Of a stretch of DNA of 64,000 bases, positions 39,349 to 50,300 are shown piece by piece. Within the stretch, counting starts at the first letter, position 1. Each line of letters begins with the position of its first letter. The position numbers were made by a program, and so were the translations under genes. Source of the DNA: an uncultured Gammaproteobacteria bacterium (GTDB lineage: Bacteria; Patescibacteriota; Patescibacteriia; Magasanikbacterales; UBA922); the NCBI GenBank assembly GCA_964612105.1, contig CAZTEU010000002.1:83697-147696 (forward strand), written 5' to 3'. The notes below the pieces were generated by a model, which saw nothing but the letters and a program-made list of their open reading frames with translations, did no database searches and had not been told where the DNA came from.

Positions 39349-40269
39349 ATGGGTAGCAACGGAAGAAACTCGGGACAGATCCTGTTCATGGACTGGAATT
39401 TCACTGAAGACAAGTCCGAGAGTCAGCGCTGGGAGCGACTCCTCCAGAGCTGCGACTACATCGGTCGCTGGAAGGAAGGTGTCACACCCGACCACTTCGG
39501 CGGGAAGACCCTCGCGAAGATCAGCAACCTGTTCGTTGAGGCGATGAAGATTGTCGCACCCAAACTGGAGTACAAAACCTCACGGCCGGCGCTCTACAAG
39601 ATCCTGTACCGTCACCCGAGACGGGTCGTCATCCGCGTGGACAAGAGCCTCTCAATTCCGCGACGTGTGGAGAATGGTCAGGATGTGTTCGGGTCGGACT
39701 GCGGTCTGAACATGGCCACGCGCCTGAAGCTCGTGAACGGCAATTTCAACAAGTCGCAGGGTATCCTGCGGACTGTGCTGAACAACGTCGCCAACGAGAC
39801 CACGACCAACGTCTCCGAAGCCTGCATCGACATGCTGTGGACCATCTCGCGCCTGGTCAATGGGCTGGGCATCCGCACCGACAAGGGCATGCAGTACGAG
39901 GGAGAGCTCATCTCGCCATGGCACATCGTTGTCGAGCGAGGGACCATGTCTCCCAAGAAGATGCTCGAACTCGAGCAGCAGAATGCCATCGAAGAGGCCG
40001 CTGCGAAGAAGGGGGCGGACCTGACTCAGTCTGAGAAGCATTCGGCGCTCTGCCGATACAAGGCCAAAGAGCGCGATGCTGGTCATGTGCGCCACGCCAA
40101 GATCCTCAAAGACTGGGATCTCGACGACTGGAAGGCGGAAGCGCGAGACTGCGGTGTGCGGTACGAAAATGATGTCGAGCTCGACACCCTCTCCACTGCG
40201 GTTCGCGCCAACGTGGAAGCCCGTGTCGGCAAGGCCTGGAAGCGCCTGAAGAAGTCCACGTCCAAGTAG
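39349..40269 (+). CDS. hypothetical protein (GC-rich island III); no recognisable domain
   Basis: 306 aa, ~58% GC, RBS GGGAGAAG upstream. Confidence 0.5.
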   Translation: MGSNGRNSGQILFMDWNFTEDKSESQRWERLLQSCDYIGRWKEGVTPDHFGGKTLAKISNLFVEAMKIVAPKLEYKTSRPALYKILYRHPRRVVIRVDKSLSIPRRVENGQDVFGSDCGLNMATRLKLVNGNFNKSQGILRTVLNNVANETTTNVSEACIDMLWTISRLVNGLGIRTDKGMQYEGELISPWHIVVERGTMSPKKMLELEQQNAIEEAAAKKGADLTQSEKHSALCRYKAKERDAGHVRHAKILKDWDLDDWKAEARDCGVRYENDVELDTLSTAVRANVEARVGKAWKRLKKSTSK

Positions 40270-40432
40270 TACCAACGTCTGCAACCACGCAACGTCGAGG
40301 TACATAGCAACAATCTCGTAGAGTCTACAACTCAAAAGTAGAAGCTACACAATCCCCGCCCGTTCATAAAATAAGGAGAGAACGGCGGGCACACATTGTG
40401 CATGAACACTCGTGCAAAGTGTGTACACAACA

Positions 40433-40458
40433 ATCCCGTAAAAGCGGGATTTTTGTAT
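40433..40458 (+). terminator. Rho-independent terminator after island III
   Basis: ATCCCGtaaaagCGGGAT + ttttgtat. Confidence 0.55.
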
Positions 40459-40528
40459 ACATTACCCCTTGCTTTATATAGCAAAATCAGCTATAATAAA
40501 CATGCTTTTAAGCGCCATTTTTATTATC

Positions 40529-41150
40529 TCAATATATGCATCTTTCTTGGCTAGGTAACACCGGAATGAAAATCCAGGTTAAACCATTTGATAAAGACAT
40601 TACAATTGTAATAGATCCATACAAGCACAAAACAGGAACATCTCCGCGCAGTCTTGCCCCAGATATTGCTCTATTTACAAGAACACAAAAAGATAGTGTT
40701 ACTCTTTCTGGAAGCCCTTTTATACTAGATGCTCCCGGTGAGATAGAAACTGGTGGAGTACTTGTTACTTCAGCACAAGGACACACGCAAGAATCTACAG
40801 TAGTGCGTGTAGATGCAGAACATATGAGTGTTGGACATCTAGGTCTTATTCATAAACAACCTACAGACAAACAGCTAGAAGTGTTGTCCGGGGTAGATAT
40901 ACTGTGCATACCCGTAGGTGGAAAAGACGTATACGAACCAGAACAAGCATCTCGTGCAATTAGTGCTATAGAACCGAGAGTTGTAATACCTATTGCATAC
41001 AAATCAGACAATGATCCAAAGGCAGGAACAGTTGAATCTTTCCTAAAGGAAATAGGACTGAAGGCTGACAAACCAGAAAAAAAGGTTATCATTAAAAAGA
41101 AAGATCTTCCTCAGGAAGACATGATGGTAATTGTTTTGTCTAAAGAGTAA
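40529..41150 (+). CDS. MBL-fold metal-dependent hydrolase (Lactamase_B_3 / UPF0173-like)
   Basis: MxxSWLGNTG...IDPY start and overall pattern typical of the small beta-lactamase-fold hydrolases. Confidence 0.6.
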
Positions 41151-41159
41151 ACAATCAAT

Positions 41160-41735
41160 ATGCCTGCAAAAAAACACACAAAAAAAACCAAAGACGACAG
41201 CAAAAAGAAGAAGAGGAAGAAGAAAGCCCCAACAAAGAAAAGAAAAACTAGCAAGAAATCAGCTGTAAAGAAAGATATAGCAAAAGCTGTTGAGCAGATT
41301 CCTGCAATTATTACAGAAGAAATCCGCGAAGAAGAGGTTGAGGTGAAAAAGCCAACCCTAAAGTCCAGCCGGAAGACCCATGCACATCATTTCATGTATG
41401 AACATCATCATGTAATGCCTAAGAAAAAATTATTATGGTTTGGGGTAATCTGTTTGACTGTTGTAATGATTGCAATGTGGGCGTTAAACACAAGAGTGTT
41501 TCTTTATCAAATAACTCAACAAGGGGAAGCGCTCAAATCACCAACTGTCTTACTTAATGTAAAAGATGATTTTCAGAAAGTACTAGATGCTACTAAAAGA
41601 GAAGAGGCAAAAAGAGAGGCAACTAAAGCACAAGTAGAAAAACAAATTAAGACTGCAGAATCAGAAATTAAATTAGAACAAGGACTCAAGTCCGTAATAA
41701 AAGAAAAGACGCAACCAAAAGAACTAGATGAATAA
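41160..41735 (+). CDS. hypothetical Lys-rich protein with one TM helix
   Basis: K-rich N-terminus, single TM (LLWFGVICLTVVMIAMWAL). Confidence 0.4.
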   Translation: MPAKKHTKKTKDDSKKKKRKKKAPTKKRKTSKKSAVKKDIAKAVEQIPAIITEEIREEEVEVKKPTLKSSRKTHAHHFMYEHHHVMPKKKLLWFGVICLTVVMIAMWALNTRVFLYQITQQGEALKSPTVLLNVKDDFQKVLDATKREEAKREATKAQVEKQIKTAESEIKLEQGLKSVIKEKTQPKELDE

Positions 41736-41737
41736 TT

Positions 41738-44260
41738 ATGCCAAAAAAGAAACCCGCTTCAAGCAAAAAAACCACTCCTAAAAAAGGGGGGAAGACAATG
41801 GAGGCTGTTCCTGAGGAAAAATCAATAGGAAAACTAGAGCCAATATCACTGGTCGACGAAATGCAGACCTCGTATTTAGATTACGCAATGAGTGTTATTG
41901 TTTCACGTGCCTTACCAGATGTTCGTGATGGGCTAAAGCCTGTTCACAGAAGAATCCTTTACGCAATGTGGAAGATAGGATTAAAACACAACAGTAAATT
42001 TAGAAAATCTGCCCACGTTGTTGGTGAGGTGATGGCAAAATACCATCCTCATGGTGATGCAGCAATATACGACTCCATGGTTCGTATGGCACAGGACTTT
42101 AGCATGAGGGAAATGCTTGTGCACGGACAAGGTAACTTCGGGTCCATGGATGGAGATAGAGCAGCTGCAATGCGTTATACCGAGGCAAAACTAAAATCTA
42201 TTGCTGAGGAATTACTATTTGATATAGAAAAAGAAACCGTTAACTTCTCACCAACATACGACTCAGCAACAAAAGAACCAAGCGTACTTCCAAGTAAACT
42301 ACCCAACCTGCTACTAAACGGAAGCATGGGTATTGCTGTTGGAATGGCTACAAATATTCCCCCTCATAATCTTGGAGAACTTTGTGATGGGGTTGTACAT
42401 TTAATAGAACACCCAAAAGCCACAGTTGAAGACTTAAACAAATTTATAAAAGGACCAGATTTTCCAACAGGTGGAATTATATATAATAAAGCAGACATAC
42501 AGACTGCGTATGCAACAGGTCGTGGTGGAATGGTTGTGCGTGCAAAGACAGACATACAGGAAAGTAAGGCGGGGCGTTTTCAGATAGTAGTAACTGAGGT
42601 GCCTTATCAGGTTAACAAAGCAAACCTATTGGAAAAGATAGCTAAGCTAGTACAAGAGAAAAAACTTGAAGGAATAAAAGACCTAAGAGATGAATCAAAT
42701 AAAGATGGTGTTCGTGTTGTTGTAGAGCTTAAAAAAGATGCCTACCCAAGAAAAGTGCTTAATAGGCTGTTTAAAATGACCCAACTACAGACTACCTTCC
42801 ACATGAACATGATTGCTCTTGTAGATGGCATACAACCACGTGTTCTCAATCTCAAGTCAGTCCTCAAGGAATACATTAAACATCGCCAAGAAGTTGTAAG
42901 ACGTAGAACTCAATTTGATTTGGATAAAGCAAAAGAAAGAGCTCATATTTTAGAGGGTCTTAAAAAGGCCTTAGATAAAATAGATCAAGTTATCAATACA
43001 ATTAGAAAATCAAAAGATAAAGAAATGGCAAAAGCTAATTTGATGAAAAAATTCAAGTTTACAGATAGGCAGACAGTTGCAATCCTAGACATGCGCCTAC
43101 AGCAACTTGCCAACTTGGAAAGACAGAAGATTATTGATGAATTAAAAGAAAAGAAAGCTCTTATAAAAGAGCTTATGGCACTTCTCGCAAGTGAGGCAAG
43201 AATAAAGACTGTAATTAAAAAGGAAGTAAAAGCAATAAACGATAAGTACTCTTCAGACCGCCGTACTCATATCGTTCCTCATGGAGTAAAAGACTTCAGC
43301 ATGGAAGACTTGGTACCAAACGAACCTACAATTATCATGGCAACTCAAGATGGATATATAAAAAGAATGCCTGTAGATACATTTAAGACACAGGGTCGTG
43401 GTGGTAAAGGTGTGATTGGTCTTACCACAAAAGAGGAGGATGTTGTAGAACACCTAATCTCTACAAACACTCACGACAACATACTTTTCTTCACAACAAG
43501 AGGACGAGTATTCCAAATGCATGCATACGATATTCCTCAAGCTTCTAGAACAGCAAAAGGGCAGGCATTAGTAAACTTCCTACAACTTGCTCCAAATGAA
43601 AAGGTTTCATCTATCCTGTCTTTCGATGATGTAAGTAAATACAAATTTCTAGTAATGGTTACAAACAAAGGAACAATAAAACGTACGAAGCTTGAAGATT
43701 TCAAGAACGTGCGTAAGTCTGGTCTTATTGCACTAAAACTAAAAACAGATGATATGTTAGAGTGGGTACGTCCATCCACTGGAAAAGACGAAATTGTACT
43801 AACAACTTCTCTTGGACAAGCAATTCGTTTCAAAGAATCTGGAGTGCGTGCAATGGGAAGAACCGCTGCTGGAGTTAGAGGAATAAAACTAAAATCACAA
43901 GACTCCATCGTTGGTATGGGAATTGCAGAACCAGAACTAGCAAAGAAAAAAGTACTAGAGCTGTTGGTTGTATCAGAAAACGGTCTTGGAAAGAGAACAA
44001 ATCTTAATGAGTATAAAGTACAAGGACGCGGTGGAAGTGGAATAAAAACAATGGCTGTAACAGCAAAGACTGGTAAATTAATTAGTGCTAGAGTTATTAA
44101 TAAGACAGATGAACAAGATCTAATGCTTATCTCCACAGGTGGGCAGGTGGTAAGAACTCCACTAAAGACAGTTTCCACTCTTGGAAGAGCTACACAAGGT
44201 GTGCGAATAATGAGATTTAAGAAAGACGGAGATACAGTTGTGAGTATGGCGTTGTTATAA
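41738..44260 (+). CDS. gyrA: DNA gyrase subunit A
   Basis: N-terminal ...[29 protein letters not shown]... with the active-site Tyr region; C-terminal beta-pinwheel repeats. Confidence 0.9.
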   Translation: MPKKKPASSKKTTPKKGGKTMEAVPEEKSIGKLEPISLVDEMQTSYLDYAMSVIVSRALPDVRDGLKPVHRRILYAMWKIGLKHNSKFRKSAHVVGEVMAKYHPHGDAAIYDSMVRMAQDFSMREMLVHGQGNFGSMDGDRAAAMRYTEAKLKSIAEELLFDIEKETVNFSPTYDSATKEPSVLPSKLPNLLLNGSMGIAVGMATNIPPHNLGELCDGVVHLIEHPKATVEDLNKFIKGPDFPTGGIIYNKADIQTAYATGRGGMVVRAKTDIQESKAGRFQIVVTEVPYQVNKANLLEKIAKLVQEKKLEGIKDLRDESNKDGVRVVVELKKDAYPRKVLNRLFKMTQLQTTFHMNMIALVDGIQPRVLNLKSVLKEYIKHRQEVVRRRTQFDLDKAKERAHILEGLKKALDKIDQVINTIRKSKDKEMAKANLMKKFKFTDRQTVAILDMRLQQLANLERQKIIDELKEKKALIKELMALLASEARIKTVIKKEVKAINDKYSSDRRTHIVPHGVKDFSMEDLVPNEPTIIMATQDGYIKRMPVDTFKTQGRGGKGVIGLTTKEEDVVEHLISTNTHDNILFFTTRGRVFQMHAYDIPQASRTAKGQALVNFLQLAPNEKVSSILSFDDVSKYKFLVMVTNKGTIKRTKLEDFKNVRKSGLIALKLKTDDMLEWVRPSTGKDEIVLTTSLGQAIRFKESGVRAMGRTAAGVRGIKLKSQDSIVGMGIAEPELAKKKVLELLVVSENGLGKRTNLNEYKVQGRGGSGIKTMAVTAKTGKLISARVINKTDEQDLMLISTGGQVVRTPLKTVSTLGRATQGVRIMRFKKDGDTVVSMALL

Positions 44261-44279
44261 AAAACACTAAATAGCAATA

Positions 44280-44306
44280 AAAACACCATGATTATGGTGT
44301 TTTTTG
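44280..44306 (+). terminator. Rho-independent terminator after gyrA
   Basis: ACACCATgattATGGTGT + tttttt. Confidence 0.65.
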
Positions 44307-44376
44307 CTAAAATAAGCTATTTTCTTGCGTATTTCTACCCCTAAGGCTTGACAAAACCACAAAAGCGTACTATACT
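44306..44376 (+). promoter_or_regulatory. promoter module: GCTAAAATAAGCT element + TTGACA-N17-TATACT
   Basis: Element 44306-44318; TTGACA 44348-44353; TATACT 44371-44376. Confidence 0.5.
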
Positions 44377-44383
44377 CCATCGT

Positions 44384-44712
44384 TGTAATAGTGAGTCAGA
44401 ATTACACGGATGTATATAGATAGTAATAAATAGTGTCTAGATATATCCGTAGCGTAATGGAGATGGTAATTGAAATACCCGACGTTGTGAGCGGGAACCA
44501 CACTTCCAATGCGGATGTTTTTCCTCGGCGTGTGTCGGGGTTAGGAGGTTGGTGCTTGTCGGAACCCTTCGCGAGAGGGAAGACGAGATTGCGCACGGCC
44601 ATGCGTAATTGTGGGAGAAAAGGAGACTCTTCTCCCACCCACCACCACCATGTAGACATCACTCGCTGGTGTATAGATAAAAACAAAAAATCCCTGCTGG
44701 GGATTTTTTGTT
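44384..44712 (+). ncRNA. candidate ~330-nt structured RNA (unclassified) with own promoter and terminator
   Basis: GC-rich core 44470-44690 with hairpins (e.g. GGGAGAAAAGGAGACTCTTCTCCC) in an AT-rich genome. The only ORFs read through the terminator AAUCCCUGCUGGGGAUUUUUU. No tmRNA T-loop or RNase P P4 consensus found by eye. Confidence 0.35.
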
Positions 44713-44733
44713 TACTAAATTTTATTCTATATA

Positions 44734-45324
44734 TTACATCTTACCCAATATCTTTAAGGCTTCTCTCAACAAGTCTTCCGTATCCTTATCTTTACTGTCT
44801 AAATCTTGCACAACAGACTTTACAGCTTCTTTGCTATAACCCATTGTTACAAGCCCTTCTATAACCTCCGCAAGAACAGCTCCATTTCCTTGATTGTCTG
44901 CTATCTCAGACAAAGATGTAACTTTGTTTTTTAGCTCCACAACAATTCTTTCTGCTGTCTTCTTACCCATCCCCTGCACAGCTGTGAGATATTCTACATC
45001 TCCTCTTGCTATTGCAGATTTTATTTCCTCAATAGAACCAAGTGATAGTATGTGCATTGCACTTTTTGGCCCTACGCTTTTTACAGATAACAGAAGTGAG
45101 AAGAAGTCTCTGTGCGCGTTGGATTCGAAACCAAAAAGCTCTAAAGAATTGTCTGAAACCTTAAGATATGTTGGTATTTGTACTTCCTGGTTAATTTCAT
45201 AACCAGAGAGCTGTAGGCGTGAAAGCCTTACACTATAACCAACACCACCAGATGTTAGTATTGTGACTTGATCTGTATTTTTATCTACCACATGTCCGGA
45301 TAGTATAGTTATCATACTTGACAA
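44734..45324 (-). CDS. ruvA: Holliday junction DNA helicase RuvA
   Basis: OB-fold N-domain, tandem HhH (SVKSVGPKSA...GMGKKTAERIV), C-terminal domain III. Confidence 0.85.
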   Translation of the reverse strand: MSSMITILSGHVVDKNTDQVTILTSGGVGYSVRLSRLQLSGYEINQEVQIPTYLKVSDNSLELFGFESNAHRDFFSLLLSVKSVGPKSAMHILSLGSIEEIKSAIARGDVEYLTAVQGMGKKTAERIVVELKNKVTSLSEIADNQGNGAVLAEVIEGLVTMGYSKEAVKSVVQDLDSKDKDTEDLLREALKILGKM

Positions 45325-45406
45325 TATTTTCTTAAAGTGTTAGAGTAATTTTGATGAAGACCTCTCGGCCGTAGTTCATATACTACACCTGGCAGAAGGT
45401 CTTTTT
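45325..45406 (-). repeat. 3' structured element of the second paralog mini-cassette (AAAAAGACC ... nested hairpin ... AGGTCTTC)
   Basis: Minus strand reads aaaaagaccttctgccaggtgtagtatatgaactacggccgagaggtcttc; same architecture as 15493-15550. Confidence 0.35.
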
Positions 45407-45823
45407 CTATTCCCAAGGAAATACAGATATTAAATATTTCACTCCTGTTTTCTTTTCCTCTACAACCTGGACAGCAAATAACATATTGTTTGGTGTTTCT
45501 CCAATAAAACGGTGTAGTATTCTAGATTTGTTCTTTTTATTAATCTTTGAGACTGGTTCTATTGCGGTGTTTTGTATAAGATCAATTGAACAAGGAAACA
45601 GGCTTAGTCTTCTCTTCCTATCACGCCAATTCTTTTGGTGTAAGTGTCTCCAAAAGATATCTAAAAATATCTTTTCTTTCTTAAAAAACTTGGAACGAAC
45701 ATAGGGTCTCCTTTTTGATTTACTTTTTATCCCATCAAAAAAGCCAATGGCCTTCCTTTCAATATCTCGATATCTACCCCCAGAAATAGGATATCTATTT
45801 GTTTTGTAAACCCCCCTCTTCAT
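45407..45823 (-). CDS. small basic hypothetical protein, paralog of 15082..15492
   Basis: Shared core KIFLDIFWRHLHQKN...ISVFP; SD AAGGAGGgtgtATG; starts 18 nt after the pepA stop. Confidence 0.5.
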   Translation of the reverse strand: MKRGVYKTNRYPISGGRYRDIERKAIGFFDGIKSKSKRRPYVRSKFFKKEKIFLDIFWRHLHQKNWRDRKRRLSLFPCSIDLIQNTAIEPVSKINKKNKSRILHRFIGETPNNMLFAVQVVEEKKTGVKYLISVFPWE

Positions 45824-45841
45824 ACACCCTCCTTTATTAAG

Positions 45842-47329
45842 TTATCGCAGGTATTCTACCATGGTCTGCACACCAAATCCATTCGCACCAGAACGGATAT
45901 ATGGTTTTCCTTTGCCACCATAGTATGAACAAGATAGATCAATATGTGCCCAAGGATAGTCTGTAAAATATTGTAAAAATGCCGCAGCAGTAGAAGCACC
46001 TCCATGTCCGCGACCACCAACTTGCCCAGAATTCTTAATATCTGCAATCTCACATTTCATTGCCTCGCTATACTCTTCTCCCAGTGGTAATCTCCATAAT
46101 TGCTCTCCAGATTCCTCAGAACTGGCTATAAGTTTATTTACAATCTTTTCTTCTTTAGAAAATACAGCAGAGCGCTCATTACCAAGAGCCACCATGCAGG
46201 CACCAGTGAGTGTGGCGAAGTCTATAACCTCTTTTGGTTTGTATTTTTTTGCATAACATAATGCATCCGCAAGAATTAGTCTACCTTCTGCGTCTGTATT
46301 ATCTATTAGGACGCTTTTTCCACCCATGCTTACTAATATGTCATCCGGTCGATACGAATTTCCTCCCGGCATATTCTCACATGTTGGTATAAGTCCAATA
46401 ATATTTTTCTTTAAACCAAGAGAGGCTGCTGCCTTTATGGTTCCAAGAACAGTTGCAGCACCAAGCATATCAAACTTCATGTCTGTCATGTAGTTTGCAG
46501 GCTTTAATGAAAGCCCTCCTGAGTCAAAAGTAATTCCTTTTCCAACCAGAACAGTGGGGCTTTGGTTTTTTAGAGCATTTTTATACTCTAGTATAATAAA
46601 CTTTGGCTCTTCTACGGAACCCCTAGCCACACCAAGCAAGCACCCCATTCCTAATCTTTCTATTTCTGGAAGAGATAGTACTCTTGTGCGTAAATTTCTG
46701 TATTGTCTCGCTAAATCTTCTGATTTTTCTGCCAGAAGAGTTGGTGTCATAACAGATGGTGGAACATTACCGAGCTCTCTGGCATAATTTACTGATTCTG
46801 CAATCAATTGTCCGTCATCCATGCCACGTGTCATTGCTGTCTTTATTTTCTGATCAAAAGACCCAACAAGCGCCACTTTCTTGATAGGGCTTACTCGCCC
46901 ATCTTTTTCTTTATGAACATCGTAGCTGTAGTTAGACAGCTCCAGAGCAACTATTGTTTCGCTTCCTATCTTTTTTGCTCCAATCTTCTTAGTAAGAGCA
47001 GACGGAATCATTAATGAAAGAGAGGTTATTTTTTTACTTTGGCAAAATAGTACAGATGAACCAACAGCTTCTTTCCATTTACGGATTGTTATATTTTTAT
47101 ATTCTCCTATTCCAACTAAAAGAATGCGGGGAATTTGTTTATCTTTTGTATATAAAAGAGTTGTTTGAGATTTCTTCCCCTCAAAGTCTTTGGTGTCTAT
47201 AATATTGCTAATTTGCCCATCTAATTTCTTGTCTAAATTCTTCACAAAAGGCTCTAAGCCCTTCCCTTCCCATATAGGCAAAATAAGACACTGTGTTTTT
47301 CCATTTTCTTGTGTAACTTCTGTTAACAT
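45842..47329 (-). CDS. pepA: leucyl aminopeptidase (M17 family)
   Basis: NTDAEGRL motif and metal-binding residues of M17 peptidases. Confidence 0.85.
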   Translation of the reverse strand: MLTEVTQENGKTQCLILPIWEGKGLEPFVKNLDKKLDGQISNIIDTKDFEGKKSQTTLLYTKDKQIPRILLVGIGEYKNITIRKWKEAVGSSVLFCQSKKITSLSLMIPSALTKKIGAKKIGSETIVALELSNYSYDVHKEKDGRVSPIKKVALVGSFDQKIKTAMTRGMDDGQLIAESVNYARELGNVPPSVMTPTLLAEKSEDLARQYRNLRTRVLSLPEIERLGMGCLLGVARGSVEEPKFIILEYKNALKNQSPTVLVGKGITFDSGGLSLKPANYMTDMKFDMLGAATVLGTIKAAASLGLKKNIIGLIPTCENMPGGNSYRPDDILVSMGGKSVLIDNTDAEGRLILADALCYAKKYKPKEVIDFATLTGACMVALGNERSAVFSKEEKIVNKLIASSEESGEQLWRLPLGEEYSEAMKCEIADIKNSGQVGGRGHGGASTAAAFLQYFTDYPWAHIDLSCSYYGGKGKPYIRSGANGFGVQTMVEYLR

Positions 47330-47344
47330 ATATGCACATCAAAA

Positions 47345-47382
47345 GAGTGAGTTACCTTACTCCTTTTTTATAATATTGTCAA
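47345..47382. terminator. bidirectional terminator between pepA start region and ileS stop
   Basis: GAGTGAGttacCTTACTC + ttttttat; minus strand gives hairpin + UUUU after ileS. Confidence 0.45.
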
Positions 47383-47386
47383 GATA

Positions 47387-50300
47387 TTAATTTTTTTGGA
47401 CTTTTAGAGCCACTTTTGCCCCTGGGAGCTCTACTTCTACGCCACCCTTACCTTTCTTTATATCCTCACTACGTGTAGACTTGGCTATTTCTTCTCTGTG
47501 TTTATCAAAAACACTCTCCACTATCTTATCTTTAGAATCCCAAACAACAGTACCAGAATCATTTATGGTAAGTTTCTGCTCTTTCCTCATCTGATTAATT
47601 GCACGTATAAGTTCACGAGCAAGACCTTCTTCTTTAAGGTCTTCAGTAATATTCACATCCATAGACACTTTTATTTCTCCATCTTCTCTAGAATCCCACT
47701 TTTTGTTTCCAGAACTTACAACCTCTTTTACATTTAACTCTTCAGAGATAAGTTGCTCATAGTCTTTTATGTTTTTTACTCCAGAAACAGCGCAAGTAGC
47801 TAGCGGTTGTCGTACGCGAATACCTACTTCCTTTCTTAGTGACATTCCAAGCTCAACTGCCTTTCTTGTTTTTTCCATTTCATCTAATATTTTTTCATCT
47901 ACCTTTTTTTGCTTTTGTGGCCACATTTCCAAATGAACTGACTCTTTATAATCACCGGAGCCGTATTGTTTTACTGATTGATAAATCTTCTCAGACACAA
48001 ACGGAGTGAATGGTGCCATCACTTTTGAAAGAGTGAGTAATACGTCATGCAAGGTGGCTAGGGCAAATTGTTTATCCGCCTCATTATCCCCCTTAAACCT
48101 ATCACGAGAGCGTCGCACGTACCATTGTGATAAATCAGAGATAAAATCCTGTATTGGTCTACTTGCATATGCAAGCTCATAATTATTCATTCTGTCTGTT
48201 GTCTCTTTTACTAGCTGATTAAGTCTAGCCATAATCCATTTATCTAGGACATTGTCTGATTTTTTCTTTGGCTGTTTAGACTCTTTTGCAAACATTTCAT
48301 AGAATGACAAAACATTCCACAGTGTGTTTACAACTTTGTTATATACTTCTCTCACTCCAGATTCGGAAAAATTGAGGCCTTCCGCATGCATTACAGGTGA
48401 TGTAACCAAATAGAAACGCATTGCGTCTGCGCCATATGTTTCTAAAACTTTCATTGGGTCAGGGTAGTTCTGTAAACGCTTGCTCATTTTCTTTCCATCT
48501 TCTGCCAGCACAATCCCATTTACAATCACATTACTAAATGCAGGAACCATTTTGCCTGTTGGAATTGATCTTTCCTCGCCCATTGTAAGAGCTGTTGCTA
48601 AGACATGAAGTGTATAAAACCATCCACGTGTCTGATCCTGCCCTTCTGCAATAAACTCGGCAGGAAATCCTTTTTCAAATTTTTCTTTATTCTCAAAAGG
48701 ATAATGCATTTGTCCGTATGGCATTGAACCAGACTCAAACCAGCAATCTAATACTTCTGCTACTCTGTGATATTTCTTTCCATCTTTGTTTATAACAAGT
48801 TTGTCTACAACATGTTTATGTAAATCTTTTACAGGTTTACCAATCAACTCCTCCAGTTCTTTTACAGAACCTACGCAAATAACATCGCCGTCTTCACTCT
48901 TCCAAGCTGGAAGAGGTGCGCCCCAGAATCTATTTCGCGAAACTGCCCAATCTCTTGCGTTTTCCAACCATGTTCCAAATCTTTTTTCTTTTATGTGCGA
49001 TGGAACCCACCTTGTATTCTTTTCATTGTTTTTTACCAGCTTATCACGTATCTCACTCACACGAACAAACCAACTATTTGTTGCATAATTAAGAAGAGGT
49101 GTATCACAACGCCAACAGTGAGGGTAGCTGTGTAAATATTTCTTTTTTGAAAATATTTTATTATTCCCAGCAAGCCATTTAATAATTTCTATATCTGCTT
49201 CCTGAGGATTTTCTTTGGGTTTTACTTTTTTTCCTGCAAAATCCGTAACCTCTTCCGCAAACGTTCCGTCCATTTTCACATGCTGAATAAGTTCTGTGCC
49301 CTCTTCCAAACCAACCTGATAATCATCTTCACCAAAGGCCGGAGCAATATGCACAACCCCAGTACCTTCTTCTGTAGTTACAAAATCACCAGAGACAATA
49401 TGAAAAGCGTTCTTTGTCTTAGCAAAATAAGGAAACAGTGGTTCGTATTTAGTTCCAACCAAATCTTTTCCTTTCATTTCTGCTAATTTATACGGAGTTG
49501 TCATCAGCTCCTTTTCCTGCTCATTTGTAAGCCCTTCTAAGTTAAAAGGAGGCCAATAGTTTGTAACTTCTGGATAATCCTTACGGCTTGAATTCCAGTT
49601 TGCAAAAATTTCTTTTGCTAACAAATAATTTTCATACACAGGTTCTCCTTTTTCATCCTGACGTACAAAAAATTTGGCGATTACGTATGTTATATCTGGA
49701 TTAACAGCGAGCAAAGCGTTTCCAGGCAGTGTCCAAGGTGTTGTTGTCCATGCAAGAGCATGAACAGAACCGTCTATGCCATCAAAATCTTTATTTAACT
49801 TAAACTTCGCAGTAACAGAAATGTCTTTTATATCTTTGTAGCCCTGAGTAACTTCAAAATTAGAAAGAGGAGTAACACAACGAGGGCAAATGTGCATTGC
49901 TTTTTTTCCTTCGTACACTAAATCTTTGTCCCAAAGTTGTTTAAAGACCCACCAAACACTTTCCATGTATTCTATATCCATTGTCTTGTAGTCATTTTCC
50001 ATATCTACCCAGCGACCCATGCGATTGATTGTCTTTTTCCATTCTTCCGCATACTTTAGGACAGTCTTATGACACGCGCTATTGAACTTATCTACCCCAT
50101 AATCAACGATTTCTTGACGGCCGTGTAAATCCAGCTCTTTCTCCACTATATTTTCTATTGGAAGACCGTGACAATCCCACCCCCATTTTCTCTCAACCCT
50201 GTGACCTTGCATCGTCCAGTATCTAGGCACAACATCTTTCATTAAAGATGCAACGATATGACCATAATGAGGAAGTCCTGTAGCAAACGGAGGTCCGTCA

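Noticed and set aside
44384-44712. Assignment of the 44.4-kb RNA candidate to RNase P RNA or tmRNA
   Set aside because: Could not locate GGAAAGUCCGG / ACAGAANCCGGCUUA (RNase P) or GGUUCGAAUCC plus a tag-peptide frame (tmRNA). Left unclassified.
44433-44864. 143-aa ORF across the 44.4-kb GC-rich region (and 94-aa ORF on the minus strand)
   Set aside because: Reads straight through a strong intrinsic terminator hairpin and into antisense ruvA. No RBS. Region better explained as structured RNA.
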